Positions 35,662 to 48,552 of a DNA stretch of 64,000 nucleotides are shown one piece after another. Location: positions 372,001-436,000 of the forward strand of contig NW_027117349.1 in NCBI RefSeq assembly GCF_038025025.1. Reading direction: 5' to 3'. Under the pieces are notes generated by a model. The model was not told the DNA's origin. It did no database searches and saw nothing but the letters and a program-made list of their open reading frames with translations. This DNA is from Phyllosticta citribraziliensis (lineage: Eukaryota). The translations under genes and the position numbers were made by a program. Within the stretch, counting starts at the first letter, position 1. Each line of letters begins with the position of its first letter.

Positions 35662-38600
35662 GCACCATTCACAAAATGAACTGAACGAGGAAAATGGCAC
35701 AAGTCATGCTCACCCACTGGTCGTTTGGCCGCGAATGCCTTCTCTTTCCGCTACGGAGCAGGAAAAATTTCTCACCCGCTGCACCCTCGTTTCGACCACT
35801 GGCTCGCTGTGATTTGCGGCTCGGTCCAAGCCTTGAGCATCCCTGCCGCCAGGCCGTCAGTGGCTTGATGCTTGGTCGTCGAAGGCCGCCGATCCCTTCT
35901 TGGAATGCTACTCCTCGTTCGACTTTTGTCGGTGACGGCTGACGACCAAGCGACCCTTGAACGGCCAAGCCGGAGCGAAGCGTCCATGCCATGGCCGTGA
36001 AACGACACGAACGAAAACGTCGACAGACGTCGCATCTTTTTTGTGGACTCGCTGACCAACTAAAAGACCGATGACTACGGCTTTATTGGCACTGCTCCGC
36101 CCATGAGGAAGGCAAGCCCGGTGCCCGCGTCTCGAATTTTGGCTGCTCTGGATGCCTTGGTGGACGCGTGAGTATTTGCTGATGCAAGGCCCAACGGTTC
36201 CTTGAAAACTCAAGAGTCAGTCGGATATGGGGTAGGTATGACGAGCGCTTGATCATGGAACCCTTGTCCCGAGGCGCTTTGCCGCGCGAAGCTTGGTCGG
36301 TTTTCCGTCATCGTCAGGCGGCTCTCCGTCAGTTGCTTCGGTACCTGAAAGTCAGTCTGACGAACAACCTCGGTGCTGGACAGCGCGCAAGAAAAAAACT
36401 TCAAACAACAAATCTATCCGAGGCCTCGATGCGGCATGCGCATTCGCTGTCGTCCCAGGATGATCCATTTGGATCGACGACATGCAAGTAATTGCATCTG
36501 TCGGCACTTTTGTTGCGATCATCACTGTCTCGCGCGAGCATGAAGATGCCAATCATGGACCGAACGAGTCGGTCATCCTTGGGTTTTGACCACGAGCGAG
36601 CCAGTAGACTGCTCGCCAGATGTCCATCTCGAGCTTCACTAATGCACGAAGCGATGCGCTCCATGCCAGAACCAGGCGTCGCATGGCTCCGCTCCGCACT
36701 GCAACTCTCCCGTCGCCAGGTCTGTGGTTTGATAGACGCAGGCTAAAGTAGGACACGGCACGCGCGAGTGGGTAGACTCCCTGTACAAAAGCTAGCATCG
36801 GCACTAGGCCGTGGTGTCTGTTGCCGTCGCGGTCTGGAACTGTCTGAATCGAAAACGGTCGTCTTGTTGTTGTCGTTGGACCAAATGCGTCGTGAGCCCT
36901 GGCACTTCATGAGCGAGCGCATCCCCCGCCTTTCCCAGGGCCCCCTCGCTTCCCCCGCTTCTCCAGACTCTTTTCTATCCACGTCCGCCTGCTTGTTGCG
37001 CTTAGCAGTCAATTCTCCGTGACACCACTGCGCCCTCCATTCCACCGGTCACACTTCTGTCAGAAGGATTGTGATTCGGATGAGTGCTGTCCCGGGGGCG
37101 GCACCAGTGGACGGGACTACGGTCCCGCTTTTGCGCGACTCTGCCTCTCCCTCACAGGTACGAATGCAATTTCCTTTTTCCCTCGTCAGCCTCGCGCGTT
37201 TCCGGTTGGGGGCTTGAGCATCTGCGGCGCAAACAACCAGAGGCGTAGCGGTAGTCACGAGTAGCCGCCGGTACTGTGGTCAGGTAGCACATCCATTCGT
37301 CCACATGTCCGTTGGTCCGTTGGGCGAGGTGGTGGTACTGGGCTCCTGTGCGTGCATTCTTTCGGATGGTCGTCGTCAAACCAAACATTCAGGCGCAGAA
37401 ACTCCGAACCGAGTCCCCGCGGGGAAACGACGCGAGTGGCGATGCAAGCACGGCCGACTTCTCCAAACGACGCTACCGCTGCGTCTGGGGAATGGGGAAG
37501 CACATGATGTGCTGGGGTGCGTCTTGCCCATCTGATGTCGACGACAAGAAAATTGAACCAAAACTCCAACTTGGCGCCAACCTGAACGACAGCCAAGCGA
37601 CCACCACGCTCTCGGCATCGCTCTCGTCTTCGACAACACCACAGACTCCGTCACCTCACGTCCGTCCGTCCGTCCGCCCGCCCGCACGCACGCTCCACGC
37701 CCGGCTCGCTTCTGTGCCCACGATCCTGCTCCCGTCGCCCAAGGTCTCAGGTCTCAGGGCTCCCGACCCCAGGGCATCCACAAGGTCGGCACGCGTTGCG
37801 ATCGGCCAGAGTCATCCATCAGCTCGGCACCGCCATCCGGTTGCAACGGTGTGATGCGTCATCGTCTACAAGTGACACGAGAGCAAAAACCGCGCGCGCC
37901 TTCTTACATGCGTCCGCAGGCATGTTTGCTGTCTGCCACTCAGTCAGTCAGTCAGGCACGCTGGACATTGAGATCGGTACAGTATCCATGTACTGGCTGC
38001 TCATCTCAATCCCTTTGCAACCAAGTGTCCACGTAACCACATCACCCTCGACACCGCATCGAAAAATTCCCTCGAACAATTATTCCGCCCAAAGGATGGC
38101 CGTCCGCGACCGCCCGCCAACGGCCCCGGCACCGGCACAACAGCGCTGGGACATTAACCCGTCCTAGGTACGAGTCGGCAGGGCCAGCAAGCGGCGGCGG
38201 TGTCCATCACGTCTGGGCGCAACTACGCAAACACATCACGTTGCTGCTCTCTGGCCCAGGTAGGTAGCCGAACCCGATGCTGGACGCCGACGATGATGAT
38301 GATTGTGGGAGCCGGGCGGACTGCCGGTGAAAGCCGTCCAGGTCCCTGGTATCAGGTGCCAGCAGGGAGTGCCACCGCCGCCGCGCAGGGCAGGCGAGGC
38401 GAGTCAAGGGCACCCTCAGCCAAGGCGTCGCCTTCGCCGTGCGTGATGTCAGCGGGGCCAACTCCATTGCCTTGGGATTTTCTCTCAAGTCATCGTCAGT
38501 CAAGCAGGAATTGATTGATGTCGATGCTGTATCAAGTCGCGCGCTTGCTGGCCGTTAGACAGGAGGTAGGACGAGCACGAGACATCGTCGAGGCACGGCT

Positions 38601-40832
38601 TCGGTACTTGGCTTCAGCGTCTGAAGACAACCGAGTCAAGTCCATGGTGCTGTTGTACAGCAAGACGAGGTGGGTAAAAATCAGCCAGCTGTGAGTCGTG
38701 CAATCTGGCAGTCGATTGACGTGGCTGTCCAGTCGGTTTCGACGACGTAAAAAAGGTGATTTGATCGTCGATGTTGAGCCTTGCCATTTGCTGCTAGCTC
38801 TGCCTCTCAACGCTTTGTGCAGGTGGACCGAAAGGAATGACCAAAAAAAACAGAGGCGAAAGTCATATCTGTACTGCCTCCCATGTTCTCCTGAGGAGGA
38901 CACCTACCGAAGAAGAGACACCAAAACCTCCAGTCACGATCATGCAATGCACATTTCCCTGATTATCCTCCTTCAAAGGCTTGGGACTTCTGTTAGACAC
39001 CACAAGAGGTACTACATGTAACTATCTGACAACACAGCTGTAGGGCAAACCAGCACCATGCGTGCCATCGTCATTTTGGCCCTCTAAGAGCATCTTCTTC
39101 AACTCACTTGCCAGCAAATCCATTCGCCCCTACTCCTGACATTGCAATGACTCCGCCAGACAACGTCACTGGGTGTCAGTCATCCAACACCATCATCCAT
39201 CTCGGAGTGCCACCACACGAGCACACTTCTCGCAATCCCGCCATGCGTCCACCGTCTCGCCGTTCCTCCGTCGCCACGCCTCGTCTTGCCACAGCGCTCG
39301 GCATCCTGCCCTAAGTTATCCTGTCCTGCCCTGCCCAGAGCTTAGCGCGCGGAAAGCGGAAAACGGAAAACGATGGCGGAAACATGAGCGGGAGTGCTGG
39401 CGGAGTGAGTGTGACGTCCATGCGAACCGAGAGCCAGGTACGTACGGTAGGCGGATGAGCGGGCGAGCGGACAGGCGGGCGAGCGGCCAAGCGGGCGGGC
39501 GGGACGAGCACCGCTCCACGCCACGCCACCCACAGCGCTGGCCGGCTCCACAGCACTGCGGCGCTCCTGTGAATTGCTCGACTACCTACAGCAGAACAGC
39601 CGGGCAGCCGAGTAGCAGCGAACAGGCGAGGCTGCAGTAAGAAGGAATGCGTCCGACGACGCCATGGCCACTTGATCCAAGCTGCAGACAAGACGTGAGG
39701 CTGGTGGCGGGCTCTGAGAAGATTGTCTGTCTGGCTGGCTTTTTGACCTACAGGTTCGAATGGACGGGCGGACGGGAATAAGGCGACGTGCGGGCGGGAA
39801 GCGGGATCGCAGGCGGGAAAAGGGACGAACGGATTGACTAACTTACTGTCTGACTGCCAACCAAGCAAATACCTACATGTGATGTTCGCATCAAGCATGG
39901 GTTCACTGCAGGCGTCTTGTCGTTCGGTTGGTTCTTCTCTCGCGGAAAAGGAGACTTTTGTCAGTGTGAAGAGGCACGACGTCGAGACTTTCGGCAGTTC
40001 AGCCAACACAGCTACCTACATGCCACTGTCCGAGAAGTCAGGAAAGGGAAGCAGGAATTCCAGTCCTACTGATCATCCGTCAACAGACTGCCCGCCACGG
40101 AAAGAAGGAAAGAAAAAGTGCCTCGATTCCTATCCCCGCAAGTCTGCCGTCTCCTTCCCCTCCATCAATGTGTCCATCCACACGGCATTTTCGCACGCTG
40201 CTCTCAAGAAAAGGGAAAGAAGGCCGAGAGGCTAAGGCAACGGCTTGCAGCATGCACGGGCGGGCAGGCAGGTGGGTGTGTGGGTGGGAAGGATTCGACT
40301 AGCAGTAGCTCATGCACGTCAAGCAGCACTTCGATCTGTGGCCGGTATGGATGGATGGATGGAAGAATGCCTGTGACAGGCATGTTGGTGTCCATGGAGA
40401 GGTACGTACAGACATAAAGAAGGCAACCTGCTTTCCTACTTTCACTTTCGAAGTTGGCACATTTCACCGACTGCAATCTATCGGGCTGACGTGTCTCAGC
40501 AGGCGCACTGACATGCTCTTTCACAACTCGATTGTATTGCGTCGTCAAAGTGTTTGCGGGTATCAGGAGGTAGGTGTGCAGAGTCTACATCCGTCCGTTG
40601 GGGTCGCCTCCATGGCCATTTCGCTATAAACAAGAGCGGCGGAAAAAGGTCGTGTCGCGTGCGTGCGTGGTTACTCGTACAAGTGCCCGTATTCAAGTGG
40701 AAATAAGACGAAGAAGGGAAGTGAAACAATTCAAGAACGAGCGCTGTGCTGCTGGAGTTGCATCTCCGTCTGTCAACTGCACAACCTCTCTTTTCTCCGT
40801 ATCGATGCTCCCTTATCGATGACGCATGGTCA

Positions 40833-42566
40833 TCAACTGTCCTTGCCGTCCTCCCTTGCCAACGCTTTTCCCCAAGCCGCCTCAAACTCTCCACCTCCGC
40901 CTTCCTCCCTCTCCACAATGCTCACGTCGCCGCCCAGTAGCGAGCTTGCAGCCTCATCCTCTGCCGATGTCCGACCCGTCGTCGGCCGCGTCTCTGCTGC
41001 TCCACTGCCTTTGCTTCCGGCCTCGGGCGGCTCGAAATCAAAGTTGCTGCTGTAAACGACGGCGGCAAAGGCTTCGAGGTCTCGCACGTTCTCCATCGCT
41101 GCCAGGTACTCGTTCTCGGCACCCGATCCAATGGCGTGCGCTTGGCGACAGAAGACGGCGAGCGTGTTGGCCACTTTGGTCTTTGCTGATTGGGGATCTG
41201 TGAGCTCGACTATGCGGGCGGTGGACGCGGAGACGGGGGGCAAGTGATAGGAGAGAGTGGCGATCTTGTTGTCGATGAGGACGGAGAAGGTGGCGTCAAG
41301 GGTAAGAGTGAGGACGTGAGAAAAGGAAGGCGAGTCGATTATATCGGAGGTCTCGTCCAGCAGACGGCGCAAAGGTGTTACACTGTCGGTGCTGGCCGAA
41401 GTGTCTTGGTCAGGCTCCATGCCTGATTCGGTGAGGACAAGGTGTTCTTGCTCTGGGGGAGGTAGCAAAAAGGACAACCACTTGGAAGCTCTAGGGTATA
41501 GTCAGTATAGCAAATGGATGTTATGGAGCTGAGATGTACCTGCGCTCTTCCTCGGTGCCACCCTCAATCTTCTTGCGCACTTCCAGAGTCAACTCGGATA
41601 GCCTCTCCAAGCTGATTTCCTCGCGCGGGTTTAGAGGACCAAAGACTTCCTTTACAGCCTCTAGCACCTTTTCCATGATGTCCTTGCATCCTCGATGCAG
41701 AAGCCACCAGCTGAACGATAGGTACTTGCGGTTCGTCTCAAAGTCGTTGCCATACGATTGTTCCAAGTTGTCATCGTCGTGGTTCTCTAAGCTGATGCGC
41801 GATCCGTGAGTGGGCGGCGAGGCGAGGGAGACGACGCTGGCGAGGTAGTTGCGGCGGCCGAGGAGATTGAGTTGGATCCGTGTCAAGAGGGTGAGGAGGG
41901 ACAGTGTGTACAGCAAAGTAAATGCGCGCGCAATCGCTGCCCAGGGTCAGTCGCCAGCCGAAGCGCCACTGGACAAGCTCTTACAATTAATCTTCATATC
42001 GTTCCATAACTGCGCCTTGCTCTTCTTGGGCCTGAGTGGAGCCAGAGAAGCTCCATCTCCATTGTTGCCATCGACAACCTGGCTGGCGTGTACGATGCTT
42101 TCGCTCTGGAAGCTCTTCAAGCTGCGACTGTCGTCATCGTTGGTGCTGGGGGCTTCGGAGGGCGCATCCGTCGACGCAATCTCCGATGGGGCCACGCTAC
42201 GCTGCAGTCGCTCGGCCTTTTGCCTCTGCAGCTCGCTCAAGGTCTGCTCGACGGGGAGAGCTTCGACAACGTTGTCAAAAGCGGTGGGAAGGATGGCCAG
42301 GACAGTAAAGGTACAGTCTTCTTGATTCTGCTCGAAACGACGACGCAAACTAAAGGGGCAAGTCAGCCATCGTGTCATCTCAGCGCTACGGCAAGGAGCG
42401 CAGGATACTTTTCGCGGGCGATGCGGTCGTCGCTCATGCGCTGACGCGCCTCGGTGAGCTTGCTCAAAAGATACTGGCCAGCGAGATATCCGGCGCCCAG
42501 CAGACCAGCGCCGATGGCAAAATTTGTGCGGTTGCGCCTGAACCATTGGCGCGTAGCAGTTATCAT
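40833..42566 (-). CDS. PEX3: Peroxin 3 (peroxisomal membrane biogenesis); 3 introns
   Basis: MITATRQWFRRNR + TM segment, LRRRFEQNQEDCTFTVLAILP, KAQLWNDMKI, LLTRIQLNLLGRRNY, YLSFSWWLLHRG and NEYL...LEAFAAVVYSSNF. Confidence 0.96.
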
Positions 42567-42893
42567 GGTGGGCGTCTCATGTCAAGTGATGTGTTCAGTT
42601 GCGGGCGAGCAGCGGGACCACGAGGACTACGCAGCAGTGCGGTGGTTGGCAGCCGAGGCCCGCGATGCGTTGATGTCAGTCAGGTCGTCGGGCCGTCGTC
42701 TGACTCGCGGACATCGCATCCCGCACTTCTACCCCACTGTCCATGTCCACCTCCCGCTCTCTAATCAACTTCGTCATCGTCCTCCCCCCGCCGACAACTT
42801 CACCACTCATCTGCCTGCCTACACAGCCGCTGCGCGACCCGACCCTTGGCCTTGTGTCCCGATCCCGCCCATCCAATACCTTACCCTCCAACC

Positions 42894-43561
42894 ATGACCA
42901 TGGAACCGCGACGGCCGCCAGAGTACACGCTCGACGTCTTTGCGGACCCGACCTGCGTCAAGGATATTGTCAAAGGTAGACGCTCCTCTGCCGCCTGAGC
43001 GCCATCGTGGCTACTCGGACTCTGTGTTGACGGGCCATCGCAGCCATCCTGCACACCATCTTCTTCCATCGCTACTTCACGCCCGTCACCCCACTCCACC
43101 GCGACCTGCTCGATCTCACCTTGCCCGCCATCGACGATGTCGACTTGGACACGCTCATCGACCAGCGCGCAACGGCCCTGGTGCGCGCCCTTGAAACAGG
43201 CACCGGCCACCAACAGCGCGGTCGGGGCCAGCTGGCCATACAGTTCTTTGAGAAGCGGCGTCGCAAGTCGTACTTCCCCTTTGGCACATTGGGCAAAGGC
43301 CGGGGAGACGAGGAGGTCTGCTGGGAGATGTGGATGCTCGATGTGACCCTCGCCACTCCAAGGACTGAAACCGACGTGATCAAAGTGCGCCGCGCCATGG
43401 AAAAGAGCCTGCAGAAGACCGCTCTCAAGATTGTTTCCATTGTAAACAGAGACAAAGACCACATTCCGCCCATCACGACGACCGACACGAACCCATTTCC
43501 CTACCAGATTCTCGTGAACCCCAAAACCGAAGGCTGGGGCCAGCGCATAGGCATCTTCTAA
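42894..43561 (+). CDS. ATG101: Autophagy protein Atg101 (DUF1649, HORMA); 1 intron
   Basis: MEPRRPPEYTLDVFADPTCVKDIVK|AILHTIFFHRYF...QFFEKRRRK...VCWEMW...KDHIPPITTTDTNPFPYQI. Confidence 0.9.
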
Positions 43562-44999
43562 CGAATTCTGTGTCCATCTTGTCACGGAAGCATTGGACGG
43601 CGTTTTGCTTAGAGCAGGATATCAAATACGCATGTATACTAGGAGTTGGTTCGGGTCCAAGAGTCATGGGTCGGTTGTACGTTCTGGGACTGTTGACTAC
43701 AAGTTGCAGTCTCCTTGAGATACCCCAAATACACAAGCTTGAAACGTTCGTCGCTGCAACTTTTCGTCGACGCCTTGTCAACACGCGATACTCCGCACTT
43801 CAGAGGGCTGAGGGTGGACTGACAACAGCTGTCCACAAGTCAGGTGGTATGTGGCTTGGCCAAGGGCGGAGTCAAACAACCAATTGGAACGCGCTTTTAC
43901 GCAAGAAAATGGTTCGAAGGCGCTCACCAGATTCTAGTGCTCCTCCTTCGCCTTGCATCCACCCGCGCGAATCGCCGCCGTCAAGAATTCAGACGCCGAC
44001 CGGCTACACACGGCTCACCTGGGCGCAGCCACAAGACCCCAAGAATTGGCCGAACCTTTCCTCATACGGCAATTGGAAAACATGTTGACAGCCGAACTTT
44101 TTTTCCATGTCACAAATCGGCTGGTTTGCAAACAGTTGCGAGTGTCAAAATGTACTAACGATTTAGACAAAGCGATAGTCCCCTTATCCACTGGAGGAAG
44201 AAGGAAGTCTAAATTGTCGACTCGAATTCACGTACAACCTGGAGACGCTCGAACTTTTCAAACACCGCTGCGTTTCCCTATATAGAGTCCAGTCCAGACC
44301 ACAGCAAAGCGCCTCCGAGTCCACCAACGCGCGGGCGGCGCGACTGCCCCCCGCTTAGCCACCACCACCTCAGCAACCCGAAATTAAGGGCGCGAGATCC
44401 GCAACGGGTGACTGCGTCGGGGCTCTGTTTCGACGCGCCAAAACAGCAACACTTGCAAGCTGGTGTTGTTTCGACTGCTGGATGCACAGCCTGGGGGTGT
44501 GATCGATCACGATAACCCTTCGTACATGGCGCCTTTGGCTCTGGGGTAGCAACACCTTGGCCGTCGGAGCTTTACTAGGAGGATTCGGAGCCTGCGGTGT
44601 GTTTATATATACATCGAGTGTACTTGCGCATATGGGGTTTTGGTAGGTTGCCGGAACTAATTGCGAAGATCGTCTATCTTTTCTACTTTCTTACTTTCCT
44701 TTGTACTCGTTTGGAGCACTCTTTTCTTTTCCAAATTATTATCATTTGCTTCGAGAGCGCCTATCCTACTCCTCTGGCAGGAATCACGACTCGCTTTGGC
44801 CTGGAAATCAACAAGACCTCATACACAATCTTTAATATTAATCGCCATTGACGGATACGATATTCTCGCTCGAAGCCGAATACACGAGCAGAAACAAATC
44901 AACTAGTCACTGGTGGAACACGAATGTCGAACACCCCAGAACGAGACACGCTTGCACAATAACCTCCTCTTCAAAATGCGGTCCCATTCCCGAAGCAAC

Positions 45000-45743
45000 A
45001 TGCTCTGGGCAACCCGCAAACTCCTCCCCCTCCTCGTACTGCTCTCAAATGCCACGACAGCAGCAGCACTAGCCCTGGCACAACCCGAGGAAGGCGAGGC
45101 GACGGTAGAGCCAACAAGCATGGTCATCATGACGGTGACGGCGCCACCAGCACCGCCAACAAGCACATTCACTTCAACAACCACGCCGCACCCAGGTAGC
45201 ACAACGACGACGACGCTGCCAGCCGTGACGTCGACGGCCGCGGCCTCGCCCTCGGCCACGTCGGCGCCCCCCAAGCAGGGCATCTCGGGCGGGCTGCTGG
45301 CCGCCATCATCGTCATGTCCGTCTTCGTCATCGGCGGTCTCTTCACCATGGCCCTGATGTCGTGCCTGCAGCTGCGGAGGGCGCGGCGCCGCGAGCGTGA
45401 GGCCGACGTCGCCGCCCAAGACACGCGCGCCGCGGCCAAGCGCCGCCGCGCTGCCGCTCACCTGGTCGGCGTGGGCCCGCGGGTCGCGACGCCCGTCTTC
45501 TTCGCGTCGGCCGCCGCCGTGGCCGCGGGCGCCAAGGTGGGAGATTGGCCCGTCGAGAATGAGAGGAGGTGGCCGGGCTCGCGGTTGAGCATGAGGAGCG
45601 AGGAGAAGAAGAAGGATGGGCCCCAGTGGAGGGAGAGTGTCGTCGAGGTCGACGACTCGGAGATGGACTACTCTGAAATGGACGTCGAGGAAGCCGAGTC
45701 GGCCGAAAGGTGTGCGAGTAGAGGGAGGGTGAGGTGGACTTAG
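45000..45743 (+). CDS. Putative type I membrane glycoprotein (signal peptide, Ser/Thr-rich ectodomain, one TM helix, charged tail)
   Basis: MLWATRKLLPLLVLLS signal-like segment, T/S/P-rich tract, GISGGLLAAIIVMSVFVIGGLFTMALM TM and RRARRR stop-transfer. GC-rich coding-like codon use. Confidence 0.75.
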   Translation: MLWATRKLLPLLVLLSNATTAAALALAQPEEGEATVEPTSMVIMTVTAPPAPPTSTFTSTTTPHPGSTTTTTLPAVTSTAAASPSATSAPPKQGISGGLLAAIIVMSVFVIGGLFTMALMSCLQLRRARRREREADVAAQDTRAAAKRRRAAAHLVGVGPRVATPVFFASAAAVAAGAKVGDWPVENERRWPGSRLSMRSEEKKKDGPQWRESVVEVDDSEMDYSEMDVEEAESAERCASRGRVRWT

Positions 45744-46157
45744 GGGGTCGATGGATGGTAATACCGCACTCACAGTGGAGGCTTTGTGCTTTGTTTTGAT
45801 GGACGTAACTACAAGCCTAGACCCCGTGCGCTGGTCACGATATACGAAATAAACGATAATGTCTTCTCCTACAAAAGCCCAAGACCCGCGTTGTATTACT
45901 TTTCGGCCGTGAAATAAACATACAGTAGGGCAACCAGGACAAGAATATGGCGCAATGGTTGGATACACGTTCCGGTAACCGGAGCTTACGACGTACCACA
46001 TCGCGCCGAGTCTGAATTGGAAATCCTACCCTTCCATTTCCATTTTGTCCTTCTCTTTATGCTTGCTTGATCAAATCAAAAATCACGAGGGTATAATACA
46101 GAGCAAAGATTGAGGAAGCACTTTATCAACCAGCAATGAGTCGTCCAAACGCCTCGT

Positions 46158-48552
46158 CTAAGATGTTGACGAACGCGCCGGCTGCACTTCTTTCACCTTC
46201 TCCAGAAACAGCCTCTTCTCCAGCTCCGTCGCAAACTCTATGCGAGCACCAGTAATCCACTTCTTGGCGTCGATTTTTTCTTTCTTGGCCCCCTGGCTCT
46301 GCCCCGTCGTCTGGGAAAAGGTCCCCTCATCGCCTCTTTCCGGCGGCTCGCCGACGACCGTCGAAATGCTCAGCATCGACATGGACGACGATGTCCTGGC
46401 GCCGACCTTGGGCGCCCCCGCTCCAATAATGCCGCTGTGTTGGTGCGATGGCTCCGGGTCCAGCGGCACACGAAGCCCGCGGATCTTGATCTCTTTGCTA
46501 CCTCCGTCGTCCTTGATGCGTAAGGGGTGGTGTGGGTCGTTGACGCTGAAGACAAAGTAGCCCGGGCGAAAGGCCGCCGTGTAGTGAATCATGGCGAACA
46601 CTCTATCTGGCGGCGGTGGCTGGGCCTTTTCTTTCTCGTCTGTGGATTGGTGACGGTGGTTGTGGGCATGGGGAGACGGAGCAGGACTGCTCGTTGCGGC
46701 TCCACCGAAGCCAATGTCGCGCCAGAGGCGGAGTGACTCCATGCCGCACATTTGTTCTTGGTAGGCGAGGACTCCAGATAGTCCATCGTGAAGGCGAAGC
46801 GTCTTTTCTGTCTTGAAGGCACCAATGAGCTGGCGGCCAAAGAGCTCGCTCTGAAAGAGCGTCGCTGACTTAACGTCCTCGAAGACGTAGTTCACCCAGC
46901 TCGTCTTGTCTTCCTTCACCGGAGTCGCGCCAAACGTGCTCCCGTGGAACCGCAGCAAAGACACTAACGCGATACTAACTTTATTGGGCGAAAAATAAGA
47001 GGCAAAGGGTATAATTTCGTTAGGTGAAATGTTGGGTGCTTGTGGCTTCCTGGGCAGCGACGATGGCGGTTCGTTCTCCGGCAACTTCTGTTGCATGCGA
47101 ATTTTGTTGTCGTCCGAAAGGGCCCAGATGCTGGTGGTGAATTTAAACTGCCCGTCCTGCCGGGTGCCACGCCGACGGACGATTAGGATGCGCGCGGACT
47201 TCATGGCAGTGCCCATCTCCAAGTCAAAGGGGTTGGTCTCATCTTTGAGGGGCTGCAGGTATTCGACTTCAGTTGCGCGACTGAAAGACTTAGCTGACTG
47301 TCCATGATTGGTATGAATGCAACATACAGTTCGCATAATATCGCCGAATCTCTGAATGCCGCACGCTCGAATGCCTCTTGTTGACTTGCAGTCGTGGACG
47401 CTGACCTCGACCTTTCTCTTCCGCTTCTTCCAAACTTGGTTGGGGCCAAAGGCATTGGATGCAGGGATTCTTCAGAGTCCAGTGGCATTGTCGGAGCATA
47501 CGGCGGCGTGGCTGCCCGTGACTGCCGCAAGGTCGCTACTTCGTCAGTTGGAGAAAGCGGTTCTACAGAACTGATGCTCTGCCAGCGCGCGCTTGGTCGG
47601 TGTGCTATCGGTGATCCTGACGTATTATGTTGAACAGCAGAGCTTCTGTCAGAATTATCTGACAATGAGGGCGTGTTGCTAATATCACTCGGTGCGTGTG
47701 ACGGGCGCCTGTGGTCGGAGGATGTCCAGGACTGTGTATTCGACCTGACTGATCTTGAATACTCGACCCGGAACGACTCGGGCATTGGGCTTAATAACGG
47801 ACTCGCCCAGGCCGGTGACTCGGAAAGCGTGCTCTCAGGCTGAGCCGCCAGGCTTGGACTATCGTTTGCGAGGGCGACGATGGTAGAGTTGACCCTTTGT
47901 ATGCGGACAGACAGATCGTCGTCTGACTTGTCGCTGTGGACCGAGTCGACTTTTTGAGCCATTGACATGACTGCCTGCTCCAGCCTTGCTAGGCTCCGAC
48001 TACATAGCCACATCAGCCAGAGTAAGCCTCGTAATTTTGAAGTCGTACAAACCTTTGAAGGGCGTTAATGGTCAAAGAGATGCAACTTTTGTGCATGTTC
48101 AGCAGAGACTGCAAAACTTCGATGCTGCCGCCGCCTGTCGTCCATGACATCTTCTTGTAGTTCTCAAGCACCAACTCGCTCCAGCTGCGCTCCACACTCC
48201 ATCCGCCACTGGTGCGATTGCGCCGGGTGAGTTGATATTCTTCAACCAGGTCGTCCAATTCTCTGAGCGTCTGACTGCAGCTGCTGATGATCAAGTCAAC
48301 GCCACGACGGGTTTCCGTACTCGCGCGTGAGATGAGAAGGCTCCCGCTATCATCGTCATGGCTCCCGTAGTTGTCGTCGGAAAACAAGGTCTCGGCTAGC
48401 AGCTTAAGGGTCTTTGAAAGGCCGCTAGCTTCGGCCTCGATGTTGAGAAACTCGGACGGAACGTTGCGGCGGTTAGATGAGAAAGCTCGACCAGTTTTCC
48501 AAGCAGACTGGGACAGCATAAGAATATCCCCTATACTCGGCAACCCTGCCAT
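46158..48552 (-). CDS. Uncharacterised fungal protein: N-terminal HeLo-like helical domain, Ser/Pro-rich linker, C-terminal beta-rich (PH-like) region; 2 introns
   Basis: MAGLPSIGDILMLSQSAWKTGRAF...PSEF..IEAEASGLSKTLKLL...ISSCSQTLRELDDLVEEY. Three long ORFs (48013-48552, 47201-48013, 46158-47336) are joined by GT-AG introns. Confidence 0.8.
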
